The notes under the pieces are model-generated. The model searched no databases. It saw only the letters and a list, made by a program, of their open reading frames with translations, and had not been told where the DNA came from. A stretch of DNA of 64,000 bases, from sequence record MK799832.1, one strand, 5' to 3'. How positions within the stretch are numbered: position 1 is the first letter of the stretch; each line of letters opens with the position of its first letter. Shown here one piece after another: positions 48,717 to 61,670 of the stretch. Position numbers and translations under genes: made by a program.

Positions 48717-51255
48717 ATGTCAATTTTACAAAAAACACATACCTCCACTGGTAATAGAAAAGTATTTACTTGGGCTTGTTGGTTTAAAGAATCAGAGATT
48801 CCTGGTGGAAATAGATATCTTTTCTCTTTAAGTGATGACAATGGTGCAAATTATGATGAATCAAGATTATTCATTGATGCAGCTGGACGTTTGAATTATG
48901 TTGCATCAGATCTCGGTGTGCAAGTTGAGGGTGAACTAGCAATCAGGGATCCTGGTTCTTGGATGCACATTATGGTTGTTGTGGATACAACATTAACTAC
49001 GTCTTTCGATAGGGTAAAATTATATCTAAACGGAAGAAGAATAGAAGAAATGTCGATATCTACCATGCCGGCAAGGGATGCTAATGTTGCTCATAATGTA
49101 GGAGGAAATATACTTGTAATTGGTTCTTACGGTAATAGTAATACCTCTTTTAGAATAGATGGTTATATGAGTGATGTCTACAATGTAGACGGTCTTGCAC
49201 TCACACCAGATGTGTTTGGTTTCTATAAAGATGGTAATGGTTATATCTCTGCTGGTACTACACAAACAACTGATTTCAGACCAGGACAATGGGTTCCAAA
49301 GAAACCATCAGTAATTAAGAACACTATTAATAACAATGGTGGACTTGGTGTCAATGGTTTCTATCTTCCTATGAATGATAGTTCCAACTTTGGTGCTGAC
49401 TTCCACACTACTCCTAATAGTATCATCACCCTGAAAGGAGAAGACCTACCACAACCACGCAACGGTGCTCCTGATACTACTGATTCTTATGTAAGTCAGT
49501 TAAGAACTGATCCTTATGCTGCTAACTTGGTTCTTGCTCTGCCTTTTGTGTCTGGTGGTTTGCAGAGTGGGTTTGGTGATTATGCTCCAAGTATTAAAGG
49601 TAGTGGAAGTGCTAAAACCATGAGTAGTGGTAGTGTATCTATTGCTTCCACTGCGAGTTATTATGGAACTTCTGCAAATTATCAAAATGCAAACTCATAT
49701 GTAGATACTCCAGGAACTTCTGGTGACTTCAATATGGGAACAGGTGACTTTACGGTAGAGGGATGGTTTTATCCAATAGCAAATGGTGGAAATGCTAGGT
49801 TATTTGGTCAAAATACAAATATTAATAATGCTTGGGATGTTTATATAGATGGGTCAAGTTCTTCTGGACAACTTTGGATGATGGGTGGTGCATATCAATT
49901 AACATCAGCAAGTATTCAAGGAAACCAATGGAATCACGTTGCTATTTCCAGGAAAAATTTAGTATGGACTACTTATATTAATGGTGTTGCAGCAGGAATA
50001 GTTACCAGTATTGTAAATAATACTGTTGGAGATAGCACTAATAAGTTTAGAGTGGGGCAAATTGGTGAAAATGCTTATGGTGGAGTAGGATATGGTTTTC
50101 AAGGATATATACAAGACCTTCGAGTATACAAAGGTGTAGCAAAATACAAGGGTGGTTTTGATGTTCCCAAACCTTATACACCAGTAGGTATTGCAACCTG
50201 GAGAGCAGTATCTGATTGTACTGCAAATAACTTTGCGACTTTGAATCCATTAGCTAATGCTGTAGCTGGAACCCTGACAAGAGGAAATTTACAGGTATCA
50301 GGAACTACCGCCAATGATAAACATGTGTTCTCAACATTTGGATTTACCTCTGGAAAATGGTATGTTGAGGTAAGAGATGTTGACCAACAAGCCAGAGGCA
50401 ATATACTTGTAAGTGATGCAGACCACGACGCGGCGACAGTTGGAACTAACAATGTAAGTGTTCAAATGTGGGATGGTACAGTTGCTACCAGTGGTACAGA
50501 CAATGGTAATTTAAGTGCATTTAGTACTGGTGACATTCTTGCTATTGCATATGACGCAGACATTGGAAGTGTTTGGATTGCAAAAAATGAAGCAGTTGAT
50601 ACTAGTGGAACCGCAATGGCTACTGGTATCTCCACTACTCCAGAGAGAGATTATAGATTTTCTTACAGAGAGTCAGGTGGTACTCAAACCACGGTCAATT
50701 GGAACTTTGGTCAAAACCCAACATTCTCTGGTCAAGTTTCAGCAGCATCAACACAAAGAAATGCTGATTCCAATGGAAAAGGTGAATTTAGATATCAACC
50801 TCCAAGTGGATTCCTAGCATTATGTGAGGACAACTTACCAACTCCTGCGATTGCTGATCCTGGTGATTATTTTAAGACTGTGCTTTATACTGGTGATAAT
50901 AGAAATGGAAGGGGTATCGCTGGTGTTGGATTCCAACCAGATTTAGTTTGGATAAAAAATAGAAATGATGCTCAGGCACATGTACTTTTTGATTCAGTAA
51001 GAGGACCAAGATACCTTTTACCATCTTCATCTAGTGCAGAAGACGGAGCAGGACTTCTTGATTGGGCAAGTAATGGTGCACTGACAATGAGTTCTGATGG
51101 ATTTACAGTTGCATTGGGTTCCAATGGTTCAATTAATACTGGAAATTATAGTTATGTCGCCTGGTGTTGGAAAGCAGGTGGTGCCGCAGTATCAAACACA
51201 GATGGAACAATAACTTCTCAAGTCTCTGCGAACCAGGATACTGGATTTAGTATTT
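48717..51255 (+). pseudogene. Large LamG/SPRY-domain fibre protein, 3'-truncated at junction
   Basis: Repeated WMHI/WNHV LamG motifs, GKWYVEV SPRY-like motif; after DTGFSI the sequence is antisense gp43. Confidence 0.7.
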
Positions 51256-51883
51256 TAGTTCCCATAATCCGATCAATACGACCACAGAGATACGGAATAT
51301 CATACAGACGACAGTTCCAACCAGTCACAACCTCAGGTGGATTTGAACTCCACCAATATAAGAATGAGTTGAGCATTGCAACTTCATCCTCAAAGTGATA
51401 GTAAGTCACATTGTCCTGTGTAGGAGTATATGGCTTTCTACCCCAAGTCTTAATCTGCTTGGTTGCGTAGTCCTGAATGGAGATGGTCAACAACTCCTCA
51501 GAACAAGAATCAGGATCAGGGAATCCCTCCTCAGATTTAACCTCGATGTCGATCGTTACAAGATTGATTTTCTTAATATCAAACTTGATCTCATCTTCAG
51601 GATATTTGTCAGAAATGTATTGGAAGACATAACGGTCATTACCGTAGATCTTGAATCCATCTACATCTTCATATTTCTTGTAAAATTCTCTACAATCTCT
51701 TACCGTACCTGGTTGAATAGCTTCTACATTTTCACCCTCAAGAGTTTGATACTCAGTCTCTCGATTTGATTTTACAAACAGAGTGGGAGAATACTCTTCT
51801 TTGAAGATGACACTCTGTCCATTTTCATATCCACGAACCAGGAAGTTGTTACCAACGACCTGGATATTCGTATAAAATCTCAT
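51250..51883 (-). pseudogene. DNA polymerase gp43, N-terminal/exonuclease fragment
   Basis: MRFYTN, TIDIEVKSEEGFP, VTGWNCRLYDIPYL; breaks after GRIDRIMGTK. Confidence 0.92.
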
Positions 51884-52134
51884 TTAACCAGGTCTTCGTA
51901 CTTCTCGATCAGTTTACTATTGGGTTCTACGATAGTCAAGATCTTATCAGAATGGATCATGAACGTATTTTGTCTCGTAAGGTCAACCAGCCATGGAGAC
52001 AATGTACCATCCTCATTCAACTCAAATGGTTCAATCAATTTACAATCAGGTTCTCCTAGATCAGTGGCTACCTCCTCAATCTGAGTCAGAATAACTTTGT
52101 CAGTTGTTAGAATCAGAATTTTTAGGTTGTTCAT
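51880..52134 (-). CDS. Conserved hypothetical (Sm-like fold) protein
   Basis: PDCKLIEPF...LSPWL; synteny before gp43. Confidence 0.6.
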   Translation of the reverse strand: MNNLKILILTTDKVILTQIEEVATDLGEPDCKLIEPFELNEDGTLSPWLVDLTRQNTFMIHSDKILTIVEPNSKLIEKYEDLVK

Positions 52135-52429
52135 ATTTCTCTACTCCGTCAGCATACATTTTAGAAAGTTGTTCAATAGGTTCAGTGATAGTCACAACCC
52201 AGTCAGATACCACAGGGATCATCTTTTCTTTACTCAGTGGCATCCATGGAAGAAGTTGAATCTTTGAAGGAACCCTAGAAGATCCCTCAGTCTCTGTCAG
52301 ATCACTTACAAGATTGACACGGCAAGGATATTTAAGGTAGTAACCAACAACCTTCTCCTCAACAACCATTTCCTGTACTTCTGCAACCACGTCTTCACCA
52401 GACTTCAGAAGTAAAAGTTTTACACTCAT
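52100..52429 (-). CDS. Conserved hypothetical (Sm-like fold) protein
   Basis: VKLLLLKSGEDVVAEV...LLPWMPLS. Confidence 0.65.
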   Translation of the reverse strand: MSVKLLLLKSGEDVVAEVQEMVVEEKVVGYYLKYPCRVNLVSDLTETEGSSRVPSKIQLLPWMPLSKEKMIPVVSDWVVTITEPIEQLSKMYADGVEKYEQPKNSDSNN

Positions 52430-52809
52430 GTTTCTACAATTTTTCCTAGACTAATTATACCAACAAAAAAGGGAGGTGTCAAACTGGATTGTGCCAGTTA
52501 CCTCCCCGTCTGCGGCGACGATATTCAGTTTTATTTATTCAGTTTTTGGGAGTGAGCGAAAATGCCCCACCCATAACTACTCCGAAGATTGCGATTGTTG
52601 CTAAGATTTCCATAGGTCAGGATGTATTATGGTAGTACAGGTGAGAGAACTGCCCAACTAAAAAGAGAAGATACAGTTCCTAACAAAAGAGTGGCGGTAG
52701 TGAAATTCATAATCCGTCCTCCAAGTTACATAATTATATAGAAAAAAGTGTATCATAGTGATACAATTTTGTATCAACGACTACGTATTAATACTTATCC
52801 TGTTTTGAT

Positions 52810-53235
52810 TTAAAGATAATCTTTTCTTTGGTGGTGTTCTGGAATTACTTTGGTAAGTGTAATTGACAGAAGTCCGTCTTCAAATACGACGTTGGAGACC
52901 TCAGTGTCGTCAGCGAGGGTCCAGGATCTCTCAAAGTTTCTTTGAGCCAATCCCTTGTGGATAAATGATCCCTCTTCATCAGGTGATTCTTTCTCCCCCC
53001 TGACAAAAAGTTTTCCATACTCGGTGTAAGCATGTACCTGTTCCTTCTTAAATCCTGCTAGTGCAATTTCTAATCTAGTTTCTGTGCTATTTACCTGGAT
53101 TACGTTATATGGAGGGTAATTGTGTACTGAAGTGTTAAAAACTCTTTCAAAATATTCATCCATTCCAATTGAGTTCTTTGCAATTCGATCCATCAGCTGA
53201 TCCAAATTGGCAGCATTATACTTTGCTAGTGTCAT
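52810..53235 (-). CDS. Small heat-shock protein Hsp20
   Basis: NYPPYN, LEIALAGF, HKGLAQRNFERSW, DGLL. Confidence 0.92.
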   Translation of the reverse strand: MTLAKYNAANLDQLMDRIAKNSIGMDEYFERVFNTSVHNYPPYNVIQVNSTETRLEIALAGFKKEQVHAYTEYGKLFVRGEKESPDEEGSFIHKGLAQRNFERSWTLADDTEVSNVVFEDGLLSITLTKVIPEHHQRKDYL

Positions 53236-53391
53236 GTGACTTCTCCTTTTAAAGCGAGAGTGTGTTGTGTGGACCCTTACGGCGTCCAGTACTAATTATA
53301 ACAGATACGAAAAAAAGGAGTGTAGTATAAACCACACTCCCTTATGGGGGTTTCCGATTGTAGAGTGTGCCGCACGAAAGACACGTATTAT

Positions 53392-53829
53392 TTATTCTCC
53401 CTCTTCGGTCTTTCCTCTCTTACCAATGTTGTATTTCTGTTCCAGAGTCCAGTCTTGTTTATCTTTGTAAGACAGAACTTTGATCTGATTCAATGGTGCG
53501 ATATCAATAATTGAATCTTCATTGAGGATAGTAATGAGTCCCCAATCAGAAAGAAGCTTAGTAATACGATTCCTACGCTGAACATCATTAATAGTAAGGT
53601 TAGCGTATTTCCCATCTAGGGCAAACAGTTCCTTAAAGTGAACAATGTAATACTTACCTTGCTTATGAAGGATATGGCAAGACTGATACAGCTTCTTTTC
53701 TTTCCTAGAAGCAACACCAATACGAGTCAGAGTCTCTCTTACTTTGAGAAAGTCATCAGGTTCATTCAACCTGATCTCAACCATTTTTTCTTGAGACCAA
53801 GTTACCTGAGGTTCAGCAGTTTGGGTCAT
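53392..53829 (-). CDS. regA: Translational repressor RegA
   Basis: DDFLKVRETLTRIGVAS...LYQSCHILHKQG.YYIVHFKELF. Confidence 0.96.
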   Translation of the reverse strand: MTQTAEPQVTWSQEKMVEIRLNEPDDFLKVRETLTRIGVASRKEKKLYQSCHILHKQGKYYIVHFKELFALDGKYANLTINDVQRRNRITKLLSDWGLITILNEDSIIDIAPLNQIKVLSYKDKQDWTLEQKYNIGKRGKTEEGE

Positions 53830-54206
53830 TTCGTTCCACCAGTGTCAAGTCGTTGTTTGATAAATTCAATTTGTTCATTAGACAGAATTTTCAGTACTTG
53901 AGATGCTTTCTCATTATTATAACCATAATAACGTTTTACATACTCTAAATCTGATACCTTCTCTTTTCTAAGCCAAGGAGAGAATCTTTTCTTCTTTCTC
54001 AGAATATTTATATAAAAATTATATTGCATGTCCTTATCTAAGAAATGATACCTATTCATTTCGTTAGCAAATAACACACAATCCAAGTGACCTGACAGAC
54101 ACTTATTAATAATAAAGGGAGGATATTCTCTTGCTAGAGTGGGGTCTTCATCGAGAATATTCTCCTTGTTAAAGTTGATTGAATTCAACCAATCTTTCAA
54201 TTCCAT
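53826..54206 (-). CDS. Clamp loader small subunit gp62
   Basis: LKDWLNSIN..YPPFIINKCLS...MQY.FY...RKKKRFSPW. Confidence 0.9.
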   Translation of the reverse strand: MELKDWLNSINFNKENILDEDPTLAREYPPFIINKCLSGHLDCVLFANEMNRYHFLDKDMQYNFYINILRKKKRFSPWLRKEKVSDLEYVKRYYGYNNEKASQVLKILSNEQIEFIKQRLDTGGTK

Positions 54207-54207
54207 A

Positions 54208-54495
54208 TCAAAGGATCAACTTTTTACTAGGGGTTTTCAATGGAGAGAACATCTCCTCATACTGTTCTACCAGTTCGTCATTGACGTTGGCAGTATAGAC
54301 AATCCACTTCTTATTGATCTCCAGTTCCTTCTCTTCACGTTTCAGAAGTGGAGCATAAGGTGCAAAACCAAGACGACCATCACCTTGATTAAATGCAACA
54401 ATAGGATTCATGATAACAAGACTATCCTCTTTATTCTCAAGGACATCTGCAACCACATCCTCACCAGAGGACATACGAAATACTTTGACGTTCAT
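54208..54495 (-). CDS. Conserved hypothetical (Sm-like fold) protein
   Basis: VKVFRMSSGEDVVADV...FAPYAP. Confidence 0.6.
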   Translation of the reverse strand: MNVKVFRMSSGEDVVADVLENKEDSLVIMNPIVAFNQGDGRLGFAPYAPLLKREEKELEINKKWIVYTANVNDELVEQYEEMFSPLKTPSKKLIL

Positions 54496-54521
54496 AATTT
54501 TGTTCGATAATGATTATATTT

Positions 54522-54911
54522 TCAGCCACCGTCAACTTGACAGCCAACAAGGGCACCACCAACTACACCAGTTGGGATTGACCAGATCCAGTTCTTCTTC
54601 GTGGCTAGAGTTCCACCAGCGGCACCACCAAGAATACCACCAATGATAGAACCTTCGACACACGAATTGTCATCTACATCACTCTGAGGAGTGTAAGGTT
54701 GTGTTCGAGCTTGGTTCTCACAAGGAACCTCAACTCTCTCATTAAACTTTTTTACGTACCCAGGACTATTACGTGTACCTGGAACATACTCTTCACGGTA
54801 AACATTCTTATAACATTTGGTTTGTTGTGACCCACCTGGTTGATAATAGTTCTCAGCCAAGACTGGGATTGGAACAAACAATAAGGCCATTACTGCGAAT
54901 ACTTTGTTCAT
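54522..54911 (-). CDS. Glycine-zipper exported protein
   Basis: Signal peptide; GSIIGGILGGAAGG. Confidence 0.65.
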   Translation of the reverse strand: MNKVFAVMALLFVPIPVLAENYYQPGGSQQTKCYKNVYREEYVPGTRNSPGYVKKFNERVEVPCENQARTQPYTPQSDVDDNSCVEGSIIGGILGGAAGGTLATKKNWIWSIPTGVVGGALVGCQVDGG

Positions 54912-55014
54912 TTGAAGTTACACTCCACCATGATTTCAGTTAGACAAGCCAACATATTTATTTCTTGATCCGCGACGAAAGAACTTTGATACTGATACTT
55001 AGCAATAATGAGAA
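54908..55014 (-). repeat. Duplicate 3' end of gp44
   Basis: 54922..55014 is the exact reverse complement of 63908..64000 (93 bp; match runs to the window edge). Confidence 0.95.
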
Positions 55015-55953
55015 TGATTCGAGACCAGTAACGATACCGAGAGTAGATACACCAGTAACAACTAATGAATCTGCAACAACATTTGCTGTATTTGCAAGAC
55101 CAGTAATTGTGACATTACCTGTTGAACTGTCAACAGAAATATTATCACCCGCTGTGATTGAGGTGACAATACCTGATAATTCAGTACCAGAACCGTAGTA
55201 AGTTACAACACCAGCAGAACCACCAACGGTTGCACCGACACCCGATGATGTAATCTTAAAGTCTGCGAATGAAGATATACCTACATCTACATTGATTTGA
55301 GTAACAGAAGCTGCACCACCGACTACACTTGTGGATACACCCGCCTGTGCTACATAAGTCTGTTGTGAAATTGTGACTGTAGCAATACCACCGTTATTAT
55401 TACCAGTTGCTACTACATCTAAACCTCTAAAATCAAGACCACTAAATGTGGTACCAAGACCTACTGAACTTCCTTCATCGAATATTAAAATACCTTCAAT
55501 AGCACCTGCAGGTGCAACAGGTAACCATTGGGGAGGTTGTCCTACTCCTCTCGAATAGAGTCCATATCCAGTTATTCCATTCTCAAATGCAGAAGTGATA
55601 CCAGGTTGTGCCTGATATAATATCTGTCCTGCAGTACCACCGTAAATATTCGTTGCATTGGCGGCACTTGTGATTCCAGTCAGTCCCAGACCAGAACCAT
55701 AATACTCGTTGGCGGTAACGACACCAACGTTAATTACATTAGTATTATTTACATCTACCGCATCAGATGGTGTTGAAGTACCAATGCCGATACTTCCTGA
55801 AATATAAACATTCCCTCTTACGTCTAGATCCTGCATCGCAGAATCTGTATTCACGCCGATACGTCCGACTACTTCTAGTGAAGTTTTCTCTTCACTAAAA
55901 GAACTGACACCAACTTTTAGATTTAGACGGTCGTTACTTCCGTATCTTGCCAT
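55015..55953 (-). pseudogene. 5' half of a tail-fibre gene
   Basis: MARYGSNDRLNLKVGVSS...; frame continues at 43743 (+). Confidence 0.85.
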
Positions 55954-55958
55954 TGTTA

Positions 55959-56303
55959 TTACTGATTAAGTGTCTCTAAAACAGATGAGATAAACTTCAC
56001 GTCAGTATTACTACTGGATGATATAACCATAGAATCACCAGATTCCAGAACAAGTTTACCAGCCAAAAGATTGGCGGCATCATTAGCAGGAACTGGGAAC
56101 CCTTTCAACATTTCAGTAGTAACTGCGATACCTGAAGTGGTTCTTTCGTGTGAAAAACTGATAGTTTGAGTATCACTACCAATATTGGTTGCTTGTGCTA
56201 AAAGGACAATAGCACTATAACCAGTAGGTGCGGTATAGATACCGACCGTATTGAGTCCGACAACACCTGTGATTGTCTGATAATTGTTAAGGGCTAATGC
56301 CAT
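55959..56303 (-). CDS. Small virion protein
   Basis: IYTAPTGY..IVLLAQATN...KLVLESGD. Confidence 0.65.
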   Translation of the reverse strand: MALALNNYQTITGVVGLNTVGIYTAPTGYSAIVLLAQATNIGSDTQTISFSHERTTSGIAVTTEMLKGFPVPANDAANLLAGKLVLESGDSMVISSSSNTDVKFISSVLETLNQ

Positions 56304-56306
56304 CTT

Positions 56307-58540
56307 TTAGTCTCCTCCTCCTAATGCGAGAATATAAGGTGTAATGTTTGCAAACAGAGATCTTTGATATGCGTCACCTGTGATAGAACCTTCCAATTGA
56401 TTAATAATAACACCATCACCAATCTTAAAGTTACCTGCTTGGTCAGTTGATGTGTAAATGACCAGACCACCATTCTTACTTGTAACTTCATTTTCTGGTT
56501 TTGCTACACCACCTCTTTGTGGGAGTGCGGAAAGAGCAGTATTTCCAGAACCGATGTATTCAAATGCGTGGCTTGAAGCAAGTACTCTACTCTGTTTGAA
56601 GAATGGAACTGTTGTTCCTACACCAACCGCGTAAGGTACATTTTCAGTAAAGGTGACTGTAGAGATACCCCCAACTACAGGAGTAGCACTACTAACCACA
56701 TAGTATGTAGGTAAGATAACAGGGGTGCCAGTAGCAGCACCATCAATATTAACAGTAGGAGTTCCTGTGTACCCTCTACCATTTGAAATCATATCAATAG
56801 ATGTTACAACACCATCCGTAAGTCTTGCGACACCTGTTGCAGTGATACCCCAGGATTCAGATGGTGCAGAGAATGTAACAACTGGTGGAGTTGCATATCC
56901 TGAACCACCATTAGTAATTGTGACTCCACTGATGGTGTTATATAACTCATCCAGATATACAACCTGACCATCATAAGGTCTGGTGACAAAGGTTTCTACC
57001 TCACCACCACTGACATATGTGTGTGCTAATGTAGAGACACCAACATATGCCCTGAATTGTGTGTTAGATGGTACAGAATCTACCGTAAAGATATTTCCAT
57101 AAGCACCACTTGGGAATGGAGCAAATGTACTGATACTTACGTTTCCACCTTCCTGATAATTGTGTGTAATAGTTGATGGACCAACGTTGACTGTGAACTC
57201 TGTGGAAGTTCCGACTGTGATAACATCAAATACATGATTTGGAGCACCATTATTGTCACCAGGTGCTGGTGGGAAGTATGCAGTGGAAACACCACTACCA
57301 GAATCACAACTGAATACCAATTGAGCGAAGGTAACACTTGCACCAACGTAGAAGTTATTATCGACTGATGTCTGAACAGTCATAATACCACTTACTCTGT
57401 CATAATTTGCGGTCGAAATACCGAATGATGTGACAGGAAGTTGTGAATCACATGTGAAGGTCATATCCTTCATTGTGACTGACATACCAACATTGAAACC
57501 GTGGTTAGTTGATGTTGTAATTGTGGTCAGACCAGTTACATTATCATATTCAGCATTAGTAATAGTAAGTGTGTCAACACCAATGTCAAGTGGGAAGATA
57601 TTTGTACCTGCTGCTTTTGCTTCTGTGACTGTACCGATGAAACCTTGTGGTCCAATACCATCAGCAACGAGACCCAATCTACCGAAGGAAGAGTTGGAGT
57701 TAGTTAGGTCACATTGACCACCAGAAGTACAAACAATGCTCTGGTCATTGTAGATTGTGAAGATTGAAACTAACTGTGCATAACCTTCATTGGAGATTGA
57801 AACACCAATACCACCCTGATTAAGTTGAGTATAAGAGTCAACATTCATTGCTCTGGTATCACCAATGACGTGTCTACCGTCAATCTTCATACCAATACTA
57901 TTTGAGATGAAGTTGGTGCAGTTACGGATGTAAGGACCCTGTGTTACATATGATGGCTTATCAGGGTTGAATGCGATAATTGCCTTACCTTCATTCAATG
58001 AACCAGTGAATGAAAGATTTTCTACATAACTACCATTTGCAACATAGATGAGGTCTTCATCTGGGTTTTGTGGGATGATTGAAACTTCTCTCAGACTGTC
58101 ACCAAGAAGTGTGACCTGTTCTGGAAGAATGATTGGGTTGTTTTCTGAATAATTACCAGCAGAAATCTTAATGACTGTAGAAGCTTCAGCAACAGTCAGT
58201 GCAGAACCAACAGTTCTCTTCGCGGATGATACCAGATAACCATCATTTTCATCATTACCATCAGGGGTAACAAACAGGATGTTGGTGACAGATACCAGAC
58301 CAACAACACCAGTCAGGTTTGAACCATCACCATAGAATGCTGTTGCACTGACAATACCAGTCTGACCATACATCGTGATGGCTGCACCGACTGATGCAAT
58401 ACCAGAGACATACAGACTATCAGTGACTGTTGTGAAACCAAGTGTGGTTACCCCAGTGATATTCAGTGTTGTTGCTGTAATACCAGTACCAGCAACAGTC
58501 AGTCCAGTTCCAGCAGTTACATAACCAGTTAGTGTGGAAT
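56307..58540 (-). pseudogene. Large tail/baseplate-associated protein, 5'-truncated by sprA segment
   Basis: NILFVTPDGNDENDG, beta-helix-like centre, ITNGGSGY..PP.V repeats; upstream of INSTLTG the frame is antisense sprA. Confidence 0.7.
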
Positions 58541-61500
58541 TGATCCGTAACCATTGGATGCGATACCGCTTCAAACTGCAGTCACCCGGTGAATACATCC
58601 CCAACGATAATGACGACCAGACCACCTTCAACGTAGGAGCCGTAAGTGTGGAGGAAAACAGCAGTAAGGAGCCGATCCCATATGTGTTGCCCCCAGGTGT
58701 AGAACGTGAGCAGTTTGTGGGTAACAATGCCGGAAATACCTTCCTGCAGAATGAGCAATCCATGTTGTTGGAAGTTTGTGGTCTCCAAGATGGCGACAGT
58801 CGCGCTGTATTCAAAACCCTCAACTTCGACTTCCGTCAGTACGAGCGGATGCAGCTCTTCCTTCACGCTGAAGCCTTTACCGGCCAGCAGATTGCTACCG
58901 AAATCAGAGATGGAGAATTGTGGGCGTTCGTTCGATTAGGAGATGACTTCACAGAAAACTATTATGAGTACGCTTTACCACTCAAAATCACCAACCCGAA
59001 TGATGTTGCTGGTGGTGAATTAGAGCGTAGAGAAGCGATCTGGCCGCAAGACAACCTCATTGATGTATTGCTTGATACTTTGAAGGAAGTGAAGGTACAG
59101 CGTAACGATCGAGGCTTGAGTCGTACGGTGCCTTACGAAATTACCCTTGCCAACGGCCACAAGATCACCATCATCGGTAACCCGAACCTGGGTAGCGTGA
59201 AAATCTCAATGATCGGTCTGCGCAATCCAAAAGACCCGGATGTGATCGGGGAAGACCTATGTGCAGAAGTGTGGGTCAATGAATTCCGTTTATACGGCCT
59301 CAACAACCAGGGCGGAGGTGCCGGGGTGGTACGAGCCGATCTGCAATTAGCCGATTTGGGTTCTGTATCATTGGCAGGTAGCTTCCACACTATTGGTTTT
59401 GGTCAGCTAGAGCAAAAAGTAAATGAACGTTTCCGTGACAATTTCATGCAGTACGATGCCTCTACCAACCTGGAACTAGGTCGCTTGATGCCAAAGGACT
59501 GGGGTGTGAGCATTCCGATGTATGCCGGTATTTCCAATGCTTACAGTCGTCCGGAATTCGATCCATACGACTTCGATATTCGTACGAAGGAGAATGTGAT
59601 CGGCATGACCGGTGACGAAAGACGGGAGTATTATCGGCAGGTGCAGGACTTCACTTCTATCAAGAGTTTGAACTTCACCAACGTCAGGAAAAATAAAACG
59701 GGAGGCGGTAGTGCCAAACCGTGGGATATCTCCAATTTCAACCTCACCTATGCCTTCAGCGAGACCTTCCGATCGAGTCCGATCATTGAATACGATATCA
59801 TTCGGAGGAATAAGGGCGGATTGGCCTACCAATACAATACCCGTACAAAATACATTGAGCCTTTCAAAAAACTCTTCGGCAGAAGCAAGTGGTTGCAGTT
59901 GGTCAAAGACTTCAATTTTAACCCTATACCGAATCGATTCTCCTTCCGAACGGAGATGAATCGACAGTATGGCGAGACCGTCTTACGCGATTTGAATGGC
60001 GATGCCTTGCTGGATACGACCTATAATAAGTTCTTTACGTGGGATCGATTCTACGATATGCGTTGGGATATCACCAAATCATTGAAACTGGACTTCAATG
60101 CTGCCAATCTCGCACGAATCGATGAGCCCGATGGAAGGATCGATACTGATGCCGATAAGGACTCTGTATGGACTAACATCCGCAACCTGGGTAGAAATAC
60201 CAATTACCGGCACTCCATTACACTGAACTATAACCTGCCAACCAGCAAATTCCCGCTGACTGACTGGATCAATGCAAGAGCAGCCTATTCTGCCGATTAT
60301 GAGTGGGTAGCCGCCTCCCTGGTAGTGGATTCTTTGGGTAATACGCTTCGCAATTCTCGAAATATTCGACTGAATGCTGATGGTAACTTATCGCGGCTCT
60401 ACAACAAGGTAGATATCCTCAAACGCGCCAATCAGCGAAGTCGTCCGCAGCGAAATTCATCTCCAAGGAGAAGAGGAGGGGATAATGCAAAAGAAGAAGA
60501 AACAGAAGAAAAGGACAATAAGAAAGATAAAGGTGGTGGTGACTTGCACCCTGCCCTGAAGACGGCCTTACAGCTTGTAACCGGACTGAAGCGTGCCTCT
60601 GTAAACTATACGCGAACAGAAGGGACAGTGCTCCCTGGCTATGAACCTGAGACAGAATTCTTTGGTCTTCGCAACTGGACAGCACCGGGCTGGCAATTTA
60701 TCACCGGGTATCAACCTGACTCCTTCGATCTCAACCAATATGCTGCCAACGGCTGGATCGTGCAGGCGCAGACCTTACCCTTCCAGCATACTCAGACCCT
60801 ACAGGAGAACTTTGATATGCGGGTGACCATTGAACCACTGCCCGATATGCGCATCGACCTGAATTGGAAGAGTACTTACCAGGAAAACTTTGCTGAGTTC
60901 TTCCGTTGGGATCCCGTGACCAGCCGATATGTGCACCAAAATCCTATGGACCAGGGTAGCTACACTATCACTTACAATGGTCTCAATACCCTGTTTGACC
61001 GGGTCGACACCGCAGGCTTCTCAGAGACCTACCTGGACTTCGAAGAAAAGCGAAAAGAGGTTTCCAGAATACTGGGTGATCGAAACCCTTACTCCAACGG
61101 TACCTTCCTGGAAGAGAATGTATTTGATACGCTCTCCTATCCAGAATATTCGGATGGATATGGCCCTTACTCTGTAGATGTGTTAGTGCCTGCATTCTTG
61201 TCTTCGTATACGGGAATCCCGATCGAGGAAATTGGATTTAACTTATTTAATACCCGGCCGAAGCCCAACTGGCGCTTTACCTACAATGGTTTGAGTAGGA
61301 TCGGGCCTTTGAGTGAGATATTCCAAAACTTCAACATCACTCACGCCTACAATTCACAGCTAACTATCAATAGCTTCCAGACTGACTTCAATTACGAAGA
61401 CTCATTGAACACCGGATGGCCTTCTGCCCGGGATAGTTTGGCGGGCAACTTCTTCCCGGTATATACCATCCCGCAGATCATGCTATCCGAACAATTTGCT

Positions 61501-61670
61501 CCGCTATTAGGCTTGGATATCACATTGCAAAATGGCTTGACCGCAAGAGTGGAGTACAAGAAATCACGACAGGTGATGCTTAACCTGGTAGACTTCCAGA
61601 TGATCGAGACCAAGTCAACGGAGATCACTATCGGTGGAGGATATCGGGTAAAAGGTGTCAAGTTGCCATT
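58534..61670 (+). other. sprA: Internal fragment of Bacteroidota T9SS translocon gene sprA (foreign DNA)
   Basis: NEQSMLL.VCGLQDGDSRAVFK, RLGDDFTENYYEY, VWVNEFRL, GFGQLEQK, EQFAPLLG.D; different codon usage; no own start or stop. Confidence 0.88.

Noticed and set aside
43743-55051. Invertible tail-fibre shufflon bounded by 37-bp inverted repeats
   Set aside because: The repeat is one gene's internal sequence duplicated, the arrangement truncates essential gp53 and gp43, and no recombinase is visible
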